From a bacterium (GTDB taxonomy: Bacteria > Patescibacteriota > Dojkabacteria > JAKAPS01 > JAJZLI01): DNA of 64,000 nucleotides. The stretch's first letter is position 1; each line of letters begins with the position of its first letter. The notes under the pieces were generated by a model. The model did not search any database and had not been told where the DNA came from. It worked only from the letters and a program-made list of their open reading frames with translations. Positions 30,428-39,348 of the stretch are shown piece after piece. The translations under genes were made by a program, and so were the position numbers. Location of the stretch: positions 604 through 64,603 of the forward strand of contig JAJZIL010000001.1 in assembly GCA_021810605.1 (NCBI GenBank). Direction: 5' to 3'.

Positions 30428-30696
30428 ATTTTGATTATATTATATAGCTAAAAAAACTGGAACATATAAATATGACTACTCTAATGTAGGAAAAGTACAT
30501 GTAGAAGCCATGCAAAAATTAGCCCAACAAGGATCTGGATTAAATACCTATATCAATGACTATTTAAATGACTATTTAAAAGATAAAAAGGTTTTTCGAA
30601 TAAATTAGCACATAACCAAAACATATATTCAAAGAATAAAAATTCATTTCATATATTTACATATAAATAACTAATTCTCAATTTTATAGATATTTA

Positions 30697-31953
30697 GTGC
30701 AACAAAACTCAAAAAAAGATATAATATTGAGTATGCAAAATATATACACTCTTATAAAAAAATATAAATATCTAGCAATAATTATATTTATATTCATAAT
30801 AATAGAATCTATATGGATAATAACCATACCAACTTTATCAACACCAGATTCCCCATATAAGTTAGATAATATTCAGAATTATGCAAAAGGTATAAAAGCT
30901 CCAATAATTCAAGAGCCATCACCTTTATACTATACAATCACTGGAAATATTGATAAATTATTCATACATACAAGAATCTCTTCACAAGTAAAATTTCTAG
31001 AATTTATATCAGCACTATTTTCTATAATCACTGTAATATTTGCATATAAAATATCTGAGCTATTATTTAATGATAAAAAAATTACAATTATAAATACATT
31101 AACATTAATATTATTCCCTATGTTCTCATATGTAGGAATAATGATTGATTTAGATGCTCTTTTAATATGCCTATATACTGCATTTATATATTATTCGTTG
31201 AAAATTCTAAAAGAAGGTTTAAATAAGAAAAACTTTATAATTATAACGATAATATTATTCCTTGGACTTTTAACAAAACAGAATATGTTTCTAAATATAT
31301 TATTCTATATTGGTATAATATTCTATGAATTATATAGAAAAAGATTGTTAAAATTTTATGTAAAATACATAATAGGTGGAGCATTTATTACATTGTTATT
31401 TTTAATATTTTTCAATACTGGATTTAAGAGTATTGTTATTCCAAGGTTAGAATTATTATTAAATCAAAATAATAGCTACTCCATATTAGATTACACTACT
31501 TATAATTTTCATAGATTTTATAATGGGCTAATTTTCAAATCATTCTGGGGAATTTATGGATATATATTCTATCCTTTACAAAATAGTATATATTTTTTAT
31601 TAGAAATCCTATCTATAGTATCGATTATTGGAATAGTTATAAAAATATATAACTATATAAAAGAAAGAAATATTAATAAATATATAATATATATTATTTT
31701 ACAATTTATTATTACATTCATATTTTTATATTTACTAGATTTCACAAGTGTAAAAGGATATGGAGGTTACTTTGTTCAAGGTAGATATTTTTTTCCTATA
31801 ATATCATTACTAATCATAGGATTTATTTCAGGATTAAAAATGTTTATACCAAAGAGATATTATGACCAATTCTACTTTATACTTATAGCATTAATGCTCT
31901 TGTTTAATGCATATTCTATATTTATGATAAATTACAAATTTTTTGCAATATGA
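30697..31953 (+). CDS. polytopic membrane protein, GT-C-fold glycosyltransferase-like (PMT_2/ArnT-like)
   Basis: 418 aa with about 11 TM helices. First extracytoplasmic loop is LSTPDSPYKLDNIQNYAKG. Sits in the GT island alongside two polyprenyl-P-sugar synthases. Confidence 0.45.
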   Translation: MQQNSKKDIILSMQNIYTLIKKYKYLAIIIFIFIIIESIWIITIPTLSTPDSPYKLDNIQNYAKGIKAPIIQEPSPLYYTITGNIDKLFIHTRISSQVKFLEFISALFSIITVIFAYKISELLFNDKKITIINTLTLILFPMFSYVGIMIDLDALLICLYTAFIYYSLKILKEGLNKKNFIIITIILFLGLLTKQNMFLNILFYIGIIFYELYRKRLLKFYVKYIIGGAFITLLFLIFFNTGFKSIVIPRLELLLNQNNSYSILDYTTYNFHRFYNGLIFKSFWGIYGYIFYPLQNSIYFLLEILSIVSIIGIVIKIYNYIKERNINKYIIYIILQFIITFIFLYLLDFTSVKGYGGYFVQGRYFFPIISLLIIGFISGLKMFIPKRYYDQFYFILIALMLLFNAYSIFMINYKFFAI

Positions 31954-33248
31954 TTAAAGATAGAATAAAAACAATTATAATATTAATATTTACTATAATA
32001 ATAGGAGTTATTATATATTATATGTCTTTAGGATATATCATAAATCTAACTAATCTCACTACCACTAAGGTATTCTCTCAAAATAAAATAACATTAAGTC
32101 CTTTTGGCCCAATTACAAATACTGAAAGAGTAAATCAATATTTTAAAGCAGAACATAATAATCTTTCATCTCTAGGAGTTGATATAGGAACATATAATAA
32201 GAAACTTCTAGGAGTTAGTTGTTTTACCATTCGAAATATTACAAAAAATGTCACTTTTTATAATAAATGTTTATTGAATACAACATTTGTAAATGATAAA
32301 TATTATACATTAAATTTCCCAATACAAAAGGAAATCAAAGGGAATAATATTTTACTTTCAATTACATCTCCAACAAAATCATCTAAAAAAGCGATTGCTC
32401 TATTTACATATAATACGAGTTTAATATCAGGATATAAGTTATATGTAAATCATAAACTACAGAATCAAAATATAGCATTTACTCAAATATATAAAATTAA
32501 TAATAATCTTGTAATCGATGGACTTTCTAATTTAGGTCAAAGAGTTCCATATAATCCTATATTAAAAGGGACTACTTTAAAACAGTATTTTATAACTAAC
32601 CATTCTAATCTTAATTCAATACAAATAGCTATAGGTAATTATGACAGGATAAATAATAGTCTTTTCTGTATTAAATTAAAAAATATTACACAAAATAATA
32701 TTTTCTATAATAAGTGTATAATCTCTACTAATTTCATCAATAATCAAAATTACACTGTTCAGTTCCCTGAACAGAAAAATATAAAAAATAATAAAATATT
32801 AATAAGTATATTTTCACCTAATGCAACAGCTAATAATGCTGTTACTGTCTTTATGTATAATAATTATTTACCTGGATACCAACTATATTTAAATAATACA
32901 AGACTAAACTATAATATAGATTTTACTCAAGAATATAATCTTAATTATGGATTTTTAAAATCTATTAATATTATATATCATAATCTAGATTCACAAAATC
33001 CATATATTATAAAAGGATATTATATTTATATATTTCTTTTTATCTATCCTATTGTCTTTACAATATTAATATTTTTACTCGAATCTTATCTTTTAAAAGA
33101 TAAGAGTATTAAAAATATTATTTTGACAAATATTGTTTTATTACTTATATTTTGGATGATCATATACTACAATAATAATCTTCAAGACTTAATAATTGGG
33201 TGTTACAATTCTCAATGTGTTGGAACAACTATATCTTCAGGATTTTAG
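31950..33248 (+). CDS. membrane protein with N-terminal anchor, internally duplicated ~120-aa extracytoplasmic domain and C-terminal TM helices
   Basis: 432 aa. KQYFKAEHNNLSSLGVDIGTYNKK...FYNKCLLNTTF... aligns to KQYFITNHSNLNSIQIAIGNYDRI...FYNKCIISTNF... ATGA overlap with the upstream GT-C-like gene. Confidence 0.5.
   Translation: MIKDRIKTIIILIFTIIIGVIIYYMSLGYIINLTNLTTTKVFSQNKITLSPFGPITNTERVNQYFKAEHNNLSSLGVDIGTYNKKLLGVSCFTIRNITKNVTFYNKCLLNTTFVNDKYYTLNFPIQKEIKGNNILLSITSPTKSSKKAIALFTYNTSLISGYKLYVNHKLQNQNIAFTQIYKINNNLVIDGLSNLGQRVPYNPILKGTTLKQYFITNHSNLNSIQIAIGNYDRINNSLFCIKLKNITQNNIFYNKCIISTNFINNQNYTVQFPEQKNIKNNKILISIFSPNATANNAVTVFMYNNYLPGYQLYLNNTRLNYNIDFTQEYNLNYGFLKSINIIYHNLDSQNPYIIKGYYIYIFLFIYPIVFTILIFLLESYLLKDKSIKNIILTNIVLLLIFWMIIYYNNNLQDLIIGCYNSQCVGTTISSGF
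32130..32940 (+). repeat. intragenic tandem duplication (~360-nt unit, protein-level ~35-40% identity) inside 31950-33248
   Basis: Two about 120-aa segments, each with the conserved blocks KQYF..H.NL.S, FYNKC, and N..L.S...SP. Confidence 0.5.
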
Positions 33249-33378
33249 ATAATATATTAAGGCTTAGAAAAGAAAAAATTCAGTTATATTTTATATAGAA
33301 TCTCATTAGTATTTTTATATTTTATTAGAAATTAGATTGATAATTTTATCTAAAAATCATAAATAAATATATATACTT

Positions 33379-35523
33379 TTAACCATGAAAGGTTTTCTTT
33401 ATCTCTAAAAGTATTTCTGATAATTTTTTTGATCTCTCTTCTATAGTATATCTATTGATTACATCTATATAAGCATTTTCCCCCATTTTTTTCCTCAATC
33501 TTGCATCTAAAATTAATTTTTCTAAAGCATTACTCCAATCTTCTGTATTTTTTGCTAAAAATCCTGTTTTCCCTTGTTTTATTGCATATCTAAAAGATGG
33601 TAATTCTGAAGCTATTGTTGGAACCCTGACTAAAGCTGATTCGAAATATTTTAATTCTGATTTTGCTTCACAAAAAATATTATTTTCTAGAGGGGATAAA
33701 TTAATATCAAATCTTGCCAACCAGAAAGGAAGTTCTTTCCAACTTAAAAATGGAACTTTTATTATTCTTTTATTATATTTTTCTAATTCACTACTTATAT
33801 CTAATTCTCCAATTATTACTAAATGAACATTTTTATATTTTTTAAAAATATAAAAAAGACTTTCATTAATTACAGAGAAATCCTCATTATGAGTTTTACT
33901 ACCACTTGCATAACCTATTATTATATATTCATTTGATCTTTTATAGGAAGATATTTCTTTAAAAGCTTTCTCTGAATAAAATATAATTTCTTCTCCTATT
34001 GCGTTTCTATTAATAAATACTTTCTTTTGAGGAAAATTTTTAAGTATTTGGTCTTTTAAAGAATCTGTTGAAGTTAATATATAATCAGATTGATTCATAA
34101 CATATCTATATCTATTATATAACTCTATATCATAAAAACGGGTTAAATTATCTAAAACAGAAAGCCCTTTCCTATGAGATATATATTTTGTATTAAAAAT
34201 TAAATCATCTATATCATAAATTATAGGAATCTTACCTTTAACCTTATCTAAAAGTAAATTAATTTTTTCATTTATTGGAACCCTTTGAAGTACAATAAAA
34301 TCATATTTATAAATATCATCTTCTAATTTTTCAGAAAGTATTTCATTTTCAAAAAAAATTATTTGACAATTATACTCTAATTTTTCAAACTGTTCTTTGA
34401 GAAAAAGTGCTCTATACCTATATGTATCTCCATATCCTCCATTTATTATTAAACATGAACCTATATATTTTTTTTCTGAAGGTTTATCTAAAATGTTAAA
34501 TATATTCTTAACTGCATTATATTTTAAATATAGTTTCCAAGTTAAGGAAGATTGTATATTTTTTAAATGATTAGTTTGAATATTTAAAGATTTATTTAGA
34601 TCAGTAATATAATCTTCTTTATCTTTAAGTACTAATTTTAAGTTTCTATTTTCATTAATACTACCTATCAAAGAAAGATTTAGAGTACTTACTTTTTTAT
34701 TAATTTCATTAATGATATCTATTTCTTCATTCTTCAAATTTTCTACAGAAAGAATATTTAAAATTAGATTATAGAGAATTTTATTGAAATCTTTATCTTT
34801 ATTGTTTAAAAATTTTTTTAGATTAAAATTATCTCCATACATCATACTTAATCTATCTTTAAAAGGTTTAAATTTTAAAGCTTTATTCAATATAATATCA
34901 ATATTCGAAAAATTTAAAGCATGAGGAATAATATTAGATAAATTTAGGAAAGGATCTATATAATAATTATATTCATTAAAAATTGAAATCCAATATTCTG
35001 GATTTTGTACATTTACATGAGTCTTTTCTGTATAATCATCAGGAGTTGATGAGAAGAATATATTGCCAGCTAATTTAGTAAGATTCAGAACAGCTTTTTT
35101 TGAAAATTCTTGAGGAATATGCTCTAAAACCTCTATACAGCTAACACAATCATATTTCCCTAATTTTTCAATTTGAATATCTTCGAGAATAGATATATTC
35201 TTACAATATTGTTTTATATCAGATCTAATTGTAGAAAGTGCATATTTTGAAACCTCTATTCCATAAGCTTCAATACCTTTATCTCGTAGCATTTCTACCA
35301 AAAAACCTTTCGCACAACCTACATCTATAGTTTTTTGTGGATTAAAATTATTAATTATTTCATCAGAAAGGGTATCAAAATATGAAAACCAATTTTTATT
35401 CTGTAATGAATATTTTTTATCATATCCATTTTTTTTATCAACACTACATCCTCCTCCATCATAATACTCTTTATCATATTCCTGAGTATATTCATCTAAA
35501 TTTTTATAGGTATCTTTTGACAT
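33379..35523 (-). CDS. bifunctional class I SAM-dependent methyltransferase / GT4 glycosyltransferase
   Basis: 714 aa. N-terminal DVGCAKGFLVEML (motif I) and DCVSCIEVLEHI (motif II-III). C-terminal EAKSELKYFESALVRVPTIASE...GKTGFL is GT4-like. Confidence 0.75.
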   Translation of the reverse strand: MSKDTYKNLDEYTQEYDKEYYDGGGCSVDKKNGYDKKYSLQNKNWFSYFDTLSDEIINNFNPQKTIDVGCAKGFLVEMLRDKGIEAYGIEVSKYALSTIRSDIKQYCKNISILEDIQIEKLGKYDCVSCIEVLEHIPQEFSKKAVLNLTKLAGNIFFSSTPDDYTEKTHVNVQNPEYWISIFNEYNYYIDPFLNLSNIIPHALNFSNIDIILNKALKFKPFKDRLSMMYGDNFNLKKFLNNKDKDFNKILYNLILNILSVENLKNEEIDIINEINKKVSTLNLSLIGSINENRNLKLVLKDKEDYITDLNKSLNIQTNHLKNIQSSLTWKLYLKYNAVKNIFNILDKPSEKKYIGSCLIINGGYGDTYRYRALFLKEQFEKLEYNCQIIFFENEILSEKLEDDIYKYDFIVLQRVPINEKINLLLDKVKGKIPIIYDIDDLIFNTKYISHRKGLSVLDNLTRFYDIELYNRYRYVMNQSDYILTSTDSLKDQILKNFPQKKVFINRNAIGEEIIFYSEKAFKEISSYKRSNEYIIIGYASGSKTHNEDFSVINESLFYIFKKYKNVHLVIIGELDISSELEKYNKRIIKVPFLSWKELPFWLARFDINLSPLENNIFCEAKSELKYFESALVRVPTIASELPSFRYAIKQGKTGFLAKNTEDWSNALEKLILDARLRKKMGENAYIDVINRYTIEERSKKLSEILLEIKKTFHG

Positions 35524-35759
35524 ATATTTTGAGATAATTACCTTATTAATATATAGTTACGATTAAAACTAAATCTTATAAAATTAAATCAACATCATTA
35601 TAAGCTATTTTTTAAATTTCATCAAAAAATATTATATATTATTTGATAAGAATAATATATAATACAATGAAAATCTAAAACAAAATTTTTGTGGAGTAAT
35701 TTTTAAAAAATTAATTTATCAATAAATATAAATATTTAATAGCAATATTGTGTGTATTT

Positions 35760-35960
35760 TTTATTATTAAACTCCTCTGGATTATAATAAGTCCTATATA
35801 CCCACCTTTATCTACACCAGATGAAATAACCAGATTTACTAGGATTCAAAATTATGTAAAAGGAGAACATCTCCTTTATACTATTTTGTTATATCAAATA
35901 TAGATAAATTATTTATACATACTAGGGTATATTCCCAATTTAAAATATTAGAATACTCTG
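35760..35960 (+). pseudogene. decayed N-terminal fragment of a paralog of the GT-C-like gene at 30697
   Basis: Translates to FIIKLLWIIISPIYPPLSTPDEITRFTRIQNYVKGEHLLYTILLYQI-stop, then DKLFIHTR in another frame. This parallels IIESIWIITIPTLSTPDSPYKLDNIQNYAKG...LYYTITGNIDKLFIHTR of 30697. A stop and a frameshift are present. Confidence 0.5.
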
Positions 35961-36022
35961 GAAAAATGAGTCAGAAAGTTAATACCAGAACTTCATATAT
36001 AACTACAGTTATAAAATAGTAT

Positions 36023-37816
36023 TTATATTTTTCTAAAAGAATAGTCTTCTTTAGATAAAGTAAAGTTAGGATTATAAAAAGGATCTCCTTTTTTTATAAG
36101 ATATTTCCATTTTTTTATAAAGATACCTGTATCAATAGTATTTTCACCTACTGTTTTACCCCTAGTTTTACTTTCATAGTGGTAAATTTTCATATATGGA
36201 GTATATATATTTTTCAAACCTATTTTTTGTAATCTTAAACATAGATCAACATCGTTGTATGCTATTTTTAAGTTTGCATCGAAACCTTTAATTTTCAAGA
36301 ATTTAGATTTCTCTATCATTAAGCAAGCAGCAGTTACTGCTGAAACATCCCTTGTGAGGGTTAAAAGACCTCCATGACCATTAGACATTGAATCAAAACC
36401 TCGATGTGAATGTGCTGCTACTCCACCTAAACCAACTATTATTCCTGCATGCTGAATAGTATCATCTTTATATAAAAGTAAACCTCCAACTGCACCAATA
36501 TCTTTTCTTTGGGCAATTGAGAGCATTTCTTCTATCCATTGTGGTGTTATAATTTTTGTATCATTATTGAGAAATACAATAAAATCACTTTGAATTTTTT
36601 TAACAGCAAAATTATTGATTAAGGAATAATTAAAAGGTTTATTATAATTTAGTATTTCAATAGATTTATCATTTTTTAATGTTTCTAGATATTTTAGAGT
36701 ATCTTCTTTAGAACTTTGGTTATTTACTAATATAATTTTATAGTTTTTATATGTACTTTTCTCTTTTATAGAATTAATACAATCTTTAAGATAATTTAAT
36801 TGATCCTTAAATGGAATTATTATAGCAACAGAAGGATTTCCATCAATTTTTCTTTCTATTTTATAGGAACCTCTCCAGTAACCTTCTTCTATTCTAGCTT
36901 TTATTTCTTGTCTTTCTAAATGAGCTTGTAATAATTCTTTTTGTCTTTTATATGCATATGATTTTGCACCAGAGGATTCATTTGCAGTTGATTGATCAGT
37001 TTTTCTCCAATGGTACAGAACTTTTGGGATATGATAAAAAGAACCTTTTTTCTCATATAGATGTAGAGCGAAATCCCAATCCTGTGCCCCATCATACTTA
37101 GGATTTAATCCTTTTAATTTTAAAAATGTAGATTTTTTGACAACTCTTATATGAGTAATATACATGCAAGATAGAAGCATATCATATGAAAAATCTGGCT
37201 TAAAAAATGGGTCTTCTCTTTGACCTTTTTTTGATAATTTATCTTCATCTGAATATATATAGTCTATCTGTTTATTTTTATTTAAAACTTTTACAACCTC
37301 ATATAAAGCATTAGGGGAAAGTGTGTCATCATGATCTAGAAAAACTAAATATTCTCCTGATGATTTATCTACAGCTTTATTAGAAGTGATAGAAATTCCA
37401 CTATTTTTAGTATTAAAGAATACTTTTATATTTTTATTTTTTAAGTTATCAAGAGTTTTTATAAAAATAATAGTATCTTTATTGTTTGATTTATCATCAT
37501 AAATTATAATCTCCCAATTTGTATAAAATTGTTGTTTCACACTTTCTATTGCTTCTTTTAAAAATTTTGTAGGAGTATTATATGTGGGGATTATTATAGA
37601 GATTAAGGGATTAAATTTTAAATTATCAATTTCCTTTTTTATTGATGAAACTTTAAAGACTTGATCTTTCTTTATAAATTCTTCATATGAAATACTCTCT
37701 TTACTATTGAATAATCTATCCTTTATATATACTTTTGATTTTTTTAAAAAAGATTTTATTCCAAAATGCTTTATATACCTTATACTTTTATTTATGAGTG
37801 TAAAAATTCTTTGCAT
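36023..37816 (-). CDS. tandem double-GT2-domain glycosyltransferase
   Basis: 597 aa. Two GT2 N-terminal signatures, ISIIIPTYNTPTKFLKEAIESV and VAIIIPFKDQLNYLKDCINSI, plus DHDD and NND motifs. Confidence 0.75.
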   Translation of the reverse strand: MQRIFTLINKSIRYIKHFGIKSFLKKSKVYIKDRLFNSKESISYEEFIKKDQVFKVSSIKKEIDNLKFNPLISIIIPTYNTPTKFLKEAIESVKQQFYTNWEIIIYDDKSNNKDTIIFIKTLDNLKNKNIKVFFNTKNSGISITSNKAVDKSSGEYLVFLDHDDTLSPNALYEVVKVLNKNKQIDYIYSDEDKLSKKGQREDPFFKPDFSYDMLLSCMYITHIRVVKKSTFLKLKGLNPKYDGAQDWDFALHLYEKKGSFYHIPKVLYHWRKTDQSTANESSGAKSYAYKRQKELLQAHLERQEIKARIEEGYWRGSYKIERKIDGNPSVAIIIPFKDQLNYLKDCINSIKEKSTYKNYKIILVNNQSSKEDTLKYLETLKNDKSIEILNYNKPFNYSLINNFAVKKIQSDFIVFLNNDTKIITPQWIEEMLSIAQRKDIGAVGGLLLYKDDTIQHAGIIVGLGGVAAHSHRGFDSMSNGHGGLLTLTRDVSAVTAACLMIEKSKFLKIKGFDANLKIAYNDVDLCLRLQKIGLKNIYTPYMKIYHYESKTRGKTVGENTIDTGIFIKKWKYLIKKGDPFYNPNFTLSKEDYSFRKI

Positions 37817-37961
37817 AGATAAAGCATTATATTACATATAAAGGTTAATTATCAATAAAATTAAATCATTCGAAAAAAAATATATTAAAAAAAAGGCGTC
37901 AGACCTATAGAAAATTACATACTATTGACTAAAAATAATAAAAATTATATATTAAGATCTA

Positions 37962-39281
37962 ATGAAAATAATAAGACTTTTTACTTTTATATCTGTTATT
38001 GCAATTATATTTGCGTTAACACCTGGAAGAACTTTTGCTGCATCAGCTCAATTATCTCCATATTCTTGGGATCCTGGATTATATGCTACAACATCCACTT
38101 ATGGAAGTACTGTACATGCATGGGGAATGAGGAAGAACCCAGGTGCTTGGGGTACAGGCCCTGTAAATTATCAATCAGGAGCTACAACTACATACAGAGG
38201 ATCATCTTCTGGAACATTAAGTGTTGATTTAAACGGAACTTATTGTCCTAATGGAAATTGTGCTTACGGTTCAGGAACTGGATATAAAGGTTTAGTTCAA
38301 TTTTGGAACGATCCAAAAAATTATATAGCTTTTGGATTGATTCATGACCCTGGTGTATCACCTAATGGTATAACTATTATGGTAGAGGGTGCTGCAAATG
38401 GAGTTCCTGTTGGTGGTTATTGGCCAGGGGGTGCAATTACTGGAACATCACATCATTTCCAAATTACTTGGACATCAACAGGAATATCTGTAACTATAGA
38501 TAATCAAGTAACTTTAGGGGTTTACCCTGTAGCAGAAAATAATCCATCTATTTCATTTTTAGCTGCAGCAAGGGAGCCTGGAGATATATGTGATACAACT
38601 TTTACAGGAATATCATTTACACCAGGATCAATAGTATCAAACCCAGTAGTTATACCTCAAGGAAACCCCTACTTCACTTATAGTGACACAATCACAGAAT
38701 CTGGATCTGGAACTGGATATTCTGCATATATAAATGCTCATGATGCATATAATAATGCTATATCTGTAGGTATACAGACAGACTCTACTTCTGCATCTTC
38801 TCATGGACAACCATATTATACATGGGAAAGAGTACAAAATGGACAATTCACATATGAATATTTATCACCTGCATCGAATAATCCTACAAATGTAGAATTA
38901 GCTTGGTGGGCAGGAAGTAATACAGCGGTATTCTATGTAAATGGAACTCCTATTGCAGATATTACAGTAAATTTATCTCCAAGATTATTCTTTAATGTTG
39001 AAGGTAATGCTAGACAAAATGGAGATAGTGTCAATGATACATTTGGTCCTGTACAAATAAATGTGGGAGACTGTCCTTCTACATGTCAACTAAATGGATC
39101 ATGGAACACATCTTCATTTAATTATTATGGATTGAGTGCAATAAATACAAATGGAGATACTCAAAATGGAGCAACATTTACAATACAAGGAACTGTTTCT
39201 GGACTAGCTTCTGGAGAAAATTGGAATTCAAATGAAGTAGCTGGTATTGGAATGATTGCCCAATATTGGTATGGACAATAA
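37962..39281 (+). CDS. secreted G/T/S/N-rich protein
   Basis: 439 aa. Signal peptide MKIIRLFTFISVIAIIFALTPGRTFAASA. No catalytic motif recognised. Confidence 0.55.
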   Translation: MKIIRLFTFISVIAIIFALTPGRTFAASAQLSPYSWDPGLYATTSTYGSTVHAWGMRKNPGAWGTGPVNYQSGATTTYRGSSSGTLSVDLNGTYCPNGNCAYGSGTGYKGLVQFWNDPKNYIAFGLIHDPGVSPNGITIMVEGAANGVPVGGYWPGGAITGTSHHFQITWTSTGISVTIDNQVTLGVYPVAENNPSISFLAAAREPGDICDTTFTGISFTPGSIVSNPVVIPQGNPYFTYSDTITESGSGTGYSAYINAHDAYNNAISVGIQTDSTSASSHGQPYYTWERVQNGQFTYEYLSPASNNPTNVELAWWAGSNTAVFYVNGTPIADITVNLSPRLFFNVEGNARQNGDSVNDTFGPVQINVGDCPSTCQLNGSWNTSSFNYYGLSAINTNGDTQNGATFTIQGTVSGLASGENWNSNEVAGIGMIAQYWYGQ

Positions 39282-39348
39282 TTCTCCAATAAAATAAGAT
39301 ATCTTTACTCTAATTGATTCTCTATGTAAAAATATGCTAGATTAAGTT

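Noticed and set aside
30555-30578. Exact 12-nt tandem direct repeat AATGACTATTTA x2 in the divergent intergenic region between the NYN-like gene and the GT-C-like gene
   Set aside because: It could be a regulator binding site. A single 2-copy 12-mer in AT-rich intergenic DNA is too weak to call. I note it only as context for the divergent promoter region.
37925-38227. Alternative upstream ORF (100 aa) overlapping the start of the secreted-protein gene
   Set aside because: It is in a different frame and Cys-rich nonsense. The 37962 start yields a textbook signal peptide (MKIIRLFTFISVIAIIFALTPGRTFAASA), so that frame is the real one.
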